Source: Cladosporium halotolerans | Taxonomy: Eukaryota | NCBI RefSeq assembly: GCF_011745625.1 | Contig: NW_027191488.1 | Coordinates: 1 to 64,000, forward strand | Direction of reading: 5' to 3' | DNA length: 64,000 bases | Shown: piece by piece, positions 60,113 through 64,000 of the stretch | Layout: each line of letters begins with the position of its first letter | How positions within the stretch are numbered: position 1 is the stretch's first letter | The notes under the pieces: generated by a model | The model's database searches: none | What the model was told of the DNA's origin: nothing | What the model saw: the letters and a program-made list of their open reading frames with translations, nothing else | Translations under genes and position numbers: made by a program

Positions 60113-61173
60113 TCATCCGCTCTTCTTCTTCGCAGGGAAGATCTTGCCACTCAGGTCGAAAACGGGCAACGGGCACGGAATCTGGACGGCTTCACAGACT
60201 TCGAGGATCGCGAGGTACCTTTTCAGGATCGAGTCAGCATCGCTAATACCTCCATGTAAAACAAACTTGGGGTCTGTCAAGCAACTTACCATCCACAGAC
60301 CAGACCGATGAAACCAAATCCGCCTCCTATCTTGAGCAGCTTCAGAATGTGTGCCTCGTCGGCTGCGGTGGTAGCCGTCGGGATGGCAGCATCTGCTGCC
60401 GCAATGAAAGCGAACAGCATGCAAAGACCGAAGAACAGGGCGACGAATAGTGCGTTAACTCGGAGTGTGCCGATCATGATGACGAAACTGACCATGCACC
60501 TATATCAAAAATGTCAGCAGTCGGCCAAGTCGAGCCATCGTAAGCCGTATTTACATAGTGATGTTGTGGAAGCATTGCGACGAATTGTACGGCGCGCCGG
60601 TAGCTCCGCCCTCTTCAGCGAACGCCGACGTGATCTGGTGCATCGGGTCCTGGTTGTAGGCCAAGGAGCCCCAGTGGGTTCCATAGATGATGAAGACCGC
60701 GAAAGGGAATGCTGATCAGCTGTCAGCCCTCTTGTCCGATCCTTTACCATAGTAAGGTCGATCCTACTGTTGCCGAGAATGAATTCTCCAATGCCTGCAA
60801 TCACCATTGCGATCGATCCGAGAAAATAGTAATCGGCGCTAATTCCGACGAGAGAGTAAGGTGGGACGGCGCCTTGGAATTGACACAAGATGAGGATCGT
60901 GGATGTGTATGGAATAAGGAAGCCGATGAGGCCGAGCAGACTAGGGTTGGCTGGAGTGTATTGTCAGGAATGCATGGCTCTGATATCGATACTCTGATGC
61001 ATACCGAAACGCTTCGCCAGGTCACCACGCTGTGGTTTCGAAGGCTGGAAGAACAGGCGCTCATATTGTTCGTTGGAAAGCGTGATCGATGTATTCTCGC
61101 GAGCGAGTGGTCCACCGTCGACGTGCATAGCACTTTCGAGATCGGGGGTAGCGTAATCCTTCTCAGCCATCAT
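60113..61173 (-). CDS. GPR1/FUN34/YaaH family (Ady2/AcpA-like acetate transporter)
   Basis: Multi-intron gene with ANPTLLGLIGF signature, EFILGN and about six TM segments. Confidence 0.88.
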
Positions 61174-62059
61174 GAGCAAACCACGTGTTGAGTAATCTTT
61201 CAGACAACGAAATCACAGCGAACAGTTGAGATGAGTGATCGGAGTTTCTGCATGTTCTCCTACCCTCGTACATGTAATGGATCACTCTAGGCATTTTAGC
61301 TTTTCCCCGCTTTGTGGAGAAACGTTGCTCCCCACGTTAACACCGGGGTTGTCCAGGACAGAAGGGCGTCTGGAAACAACGATTGACGCGTTGATTGCTC
61401 AGGATGTGGTCTTGTACGAGCCTCCTGCCTCATTGAGACAAGCTTTGAGGGCTGAAGGTTAACACACGTGGCGCTAGCCACCCGCCTGTCAAGCATCCTC
61501 GGCTATAGCCAAGTTATGGAGCCAATTTCAGGAGGCGTCCCGAGGTAAGAGGCAAAAAAGTCCTCGCAAATGTGGTTCCCCGCGGACTTTTCGGTGGTTT
61601 ATCGCGCGGCCGGCTTTCCCAGTCGGGATCACTGAGGATCCGTGCCGCTTTTTTCGGGGTCTTGGATACATAACGACACGATTCGGCTTCGGGATTCCCC
61701 AACCTACGAGTCTTGGGGGTGCATAATACCCCGGCTCGGTGACGAAGGCGTGAAGCATGTAGAGCTGTGACCGGGGCTGTACACGCCTCTGACATCTTTG
61801 CCAAGTCCAGGACACAGCCTTCGGAATCCAGTAGTCTTCCTGCGCGAGCCCGCGGAGACAAGCCAAGCAAGACTATCGTCGTGAACTGGTTCGATCCGTT
61901 GCAAGGATTGATACAGAACTTGATGATCGCTAAATCCGATTCCTGTGGAACTGCATTGTCCTACTCAGAACTGACGCACCAGTTTTGACACCTCGGCTCC
62001 GTGCTGATGGCGGGCACTGCGGTCTGCCCAACTCGTCTATGTTTAGTTCATGGTTTGGG

Positions 62060-62971
62060 TCACATGAAAACATTGCCGAACGCGTCACCCAATCCTCTCT
62101 CGACAAGATAAGCCTCCAGGGCCTTCATGTCGCTGCGATTCGCCCTTTCCCCTCGTCGTTCACCAACCGTCTCAGTTATCTCCGACATATCGGTGAACGC
62201 TCTAGTGAGAGTCGGTTCTGCCTCTCTGTATCGTTCGCTGACCTTCTTGTGCTGAGAAGGAATGTCACCCCAGCTGTCCGTCTTGATGAACTTCATAAAA
62301 TCATCAATGGCGACCGAGCCTCCTTCAAGACAGAGAATGCCAGGTTTGCCGGCCATCAAGAAGCCCGTCAAGCCGTATGTTGGCGCGAAGTTGACCAGGT
62401 CATCTCGCTTCGCACGCGTGCTGATGGAGGGAAAGTAGAACCAGGCTCGTACTATCGGAGCGTCCTTATCAAAGAGCTCATTCGTCTCTAGAGGGGCTCC
62501 GTTCGACTTCACGGCGAGCTGAGACGCCGCTTCTTTGACGTGCTCTATGACCGTCAGGATGTCTTCCTCCGGTAGATCCGAGTTTAGCTGCGCAACTTGA
62601 CTCTTGCTAAGCCATGATGGCTGCTGCAGTCTCGATTTTATCGATGGCGGATCCAACTCCAGTGCTCCCTCGTGCACCAGTGGTACCGAAAGGCTGAGCT
62701 GCAGAAGCTTTGCATCGCTTCCAAGATTGCTGTCTATGTCGGATAGGTCCAGGTTGAGCAAGATGCTTATGCAGGGATCCGAAGTCTCGGGAAACGCTTC
62801 TGCGTCACCATCGCACCAGCTCCGCAGCGCGTCAACTTGGGCCATGGCGCTGGAGTCCATGGATATCGCGTCATCGGGCGCGTACATGGCCATCAGTAAA
62901 TCGATCTGGCCCAGCTGCATTGCCATTAGGTCTTTGGGTAAGACATTTTTACGCTTCAAGTCTGAGAGCAT
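62060..62971 (-). CDS. RWD-domain / DUF1115 (RWDD2-like) protein
   Basis: QIDLLMAMY RWD-like start; C-terminal WFYFPSIST...LTGFLMAGKPGILCLEG pattern. Confidence 0.8.
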   Translation of the reverse strand: MLSDLKRKNVLPKDLMAMQLGQIDLLMAMYAPDDAISMDSSAMAQVDALRSWCDGDAEAFPETSDPCISILLNLDLSDIDSNLGSDAKLLQLSLSVPLVHEGALELDPPSIKSRLQQPSWLSKSQVAQLNSDLPEEDILTVIEHVKEAASQLAVKSNGAPLETNELFDKDAPIVRAWFYFPSISTRAKRDDLVNFAPTYGLTGFLMAGKPGILCLEGGSVAIDDFMKFIKTDSWGDIPSQHKKVSERYREAEPTLTRAFTDMSEITETVGERRGERANRSDMKALEAYLVERGLGDAFGNVFM

Positions 62972-63499
62972 CCTTGACACGTCAAAATTGACACAATGCT
63001 TCGATCAAGCCAATTTTTGCCTTTCCCCGACCGGCACAGCAATAGAGCTACGATTGGACCACAAAGATAGAGCAATGGTGAGATGTAGAAATGCGAGTCC
63101 GCTTGAGGAAGACTTGAAGGCTGCTCGGCCGAGATTGGCCCGACTCACGCGCATGCCCTCGCTCTTTCACCTGCATGGCTGCTAAAAATCTGATACCAGG
63201 TATATATAAGACACTTTTCATCACGAAAAATTCTTTCAGCGCAATGTAGTCTCATGAATTTCACGGGCAGTTCTTAAGATCGCTATGACAAGGCTCTCCA
63301 GAACGTTGTCGGATGTCTGCTTTCGTTGCAGCTACGTGCTGCCGGAGAGAATCTCCGACTTCACACTGTCAACATTACTCTGACTATCGACTCTGCTAAT
63401 TGATTAAAACGTTTCAGAGCAAGCAAGAATAGGAGGAAGTGTCTCAATGATGCTAATCTATATTCTAAGCATTGAACTTTTCTATACAACAATCGGCCT

Positions 63500-64000
63500 T
63501 CACTCGACCTTCACACGCTTGCCCCAAGTCAGCGCGCCCAGCTGGTCTTTGCTAGCTTCAACAAATCTGCACGACCGCATCGTCCGCCACAGCGCGGTGT
63601 AGAACGGCGTGTCGTCGACGATGTACCTGTCGCCAAGGACCGGCTTGATCGCCTCCGTGGCTTCCTCGGCGTGGTAGAATGGGATGCGACTGGAGCGGGA
63701 ATGTTAGCTGGCGTTTCACTTTCAAGAGTTGGGTTGCGAGTGCTTACGTGAAGAGGTGGTGCACGACGTGGCAGTCGATGATGCCGTGGAAGAGGTACTT
63801 CCCGACGAAGCCGTAGGGGCGGTCGATGGTGTTGAGCGCGCCCTCGGTGAAGGTCCAAGAGTCAGCTTCGAAGTGAAGCGTGGATTCGTGCGTGTGGTGC
63901 AGGTAGGTGATCGCCACTGGTAGGTTTTCTGTCAGCTCATGTTCTCGCGGATCTTCAATGGGGATCGATAACATACCAAGCCAGTTGTTCACCCAGAGAT
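63500..64000 (-). CDS. Delta-12/omega-type fatty acid desaturase, 3' part (truncated by the window end)
   Basis: NNWL|VAITYLHHT, TIDR, third His box HVVHHLF and |RIPFYHAEEAT. Two introns (63976-63917 and one after HHLF). Confidence 0.9.

Noticed and set aside
7175..64000. Lipid or secondary-metabolite gene cluster (P450, acyl-CoA dehydrogenase, hydrolase, desaturase, transporters)
   Set aside because: No PKS, NRPS or terpene backbone gene, and these genes are interspersed with housekeeping genes.
1..64000. Transposons, CRISPR arrays, rRNA
   Set aside because: No transposase or RT motifs, terminal repeats, repeat-spacer arrays or rRNA-like sequence seen. The CCHC knuckles sit in frame within IF2 with no gag/pol context.

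Overview
Gene-dense eukaryotic DNA from a filamentous ascomycete: short GT-AG introns with CTRAC branch points, Zn2Cys6, CYP52-clan and grainyhead-like genes. A Dothideomycete origin is plausible but cannot be proven here. About 27 protein-coding loci are present. Recognisable ones: SNIP1/Pml1-like FHA protein, CCT7, CYP52-clan P450, APH-like kinase, aconitase ACO1, BUD20, LbH acetyltransferase, RPL29, CP2/grainyhead TF, Zn2Cys6 TF, mitochondrial IF2, a CBP6/UQCC2-like protein (absent from the ORF track), F-box protein, PDI1, acyl-CoA dehydrogenase, MRS3/4 carrier, alpha/beta hydrolase, sugar porter, GPR1/FUN34 transporter, RWD/DUF1115 protein and the 3' end of a fatty-acid desaturase. I found no rRNA, tRNA, CRISPR or recognisable transposon. 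Most notable: (1) a 660-nt aconitase intron hiding an exact 108-bp (36-codon) repeat whose copies differ like a protein-coding sequence; (2) a mitochondrial IF2 carrying two CCHC zinc knuckles; (3) a 7-bp microsatellite that forms a tandem CreA-site array upstream of a sugar transporter; (4) dense Crz1-type motif clusters on both sides of the grainyhead-like gene; (5) iron-regulon motifs (SreA-type at MRS3/4, HapX/CBC-type at ACO1); (6) a candidate amyloid-signalling-like motif in a 4-TM orphan; (7) an ORF split by one in-frame TAG. Exon boundaries were read by eye and no database searches were run.
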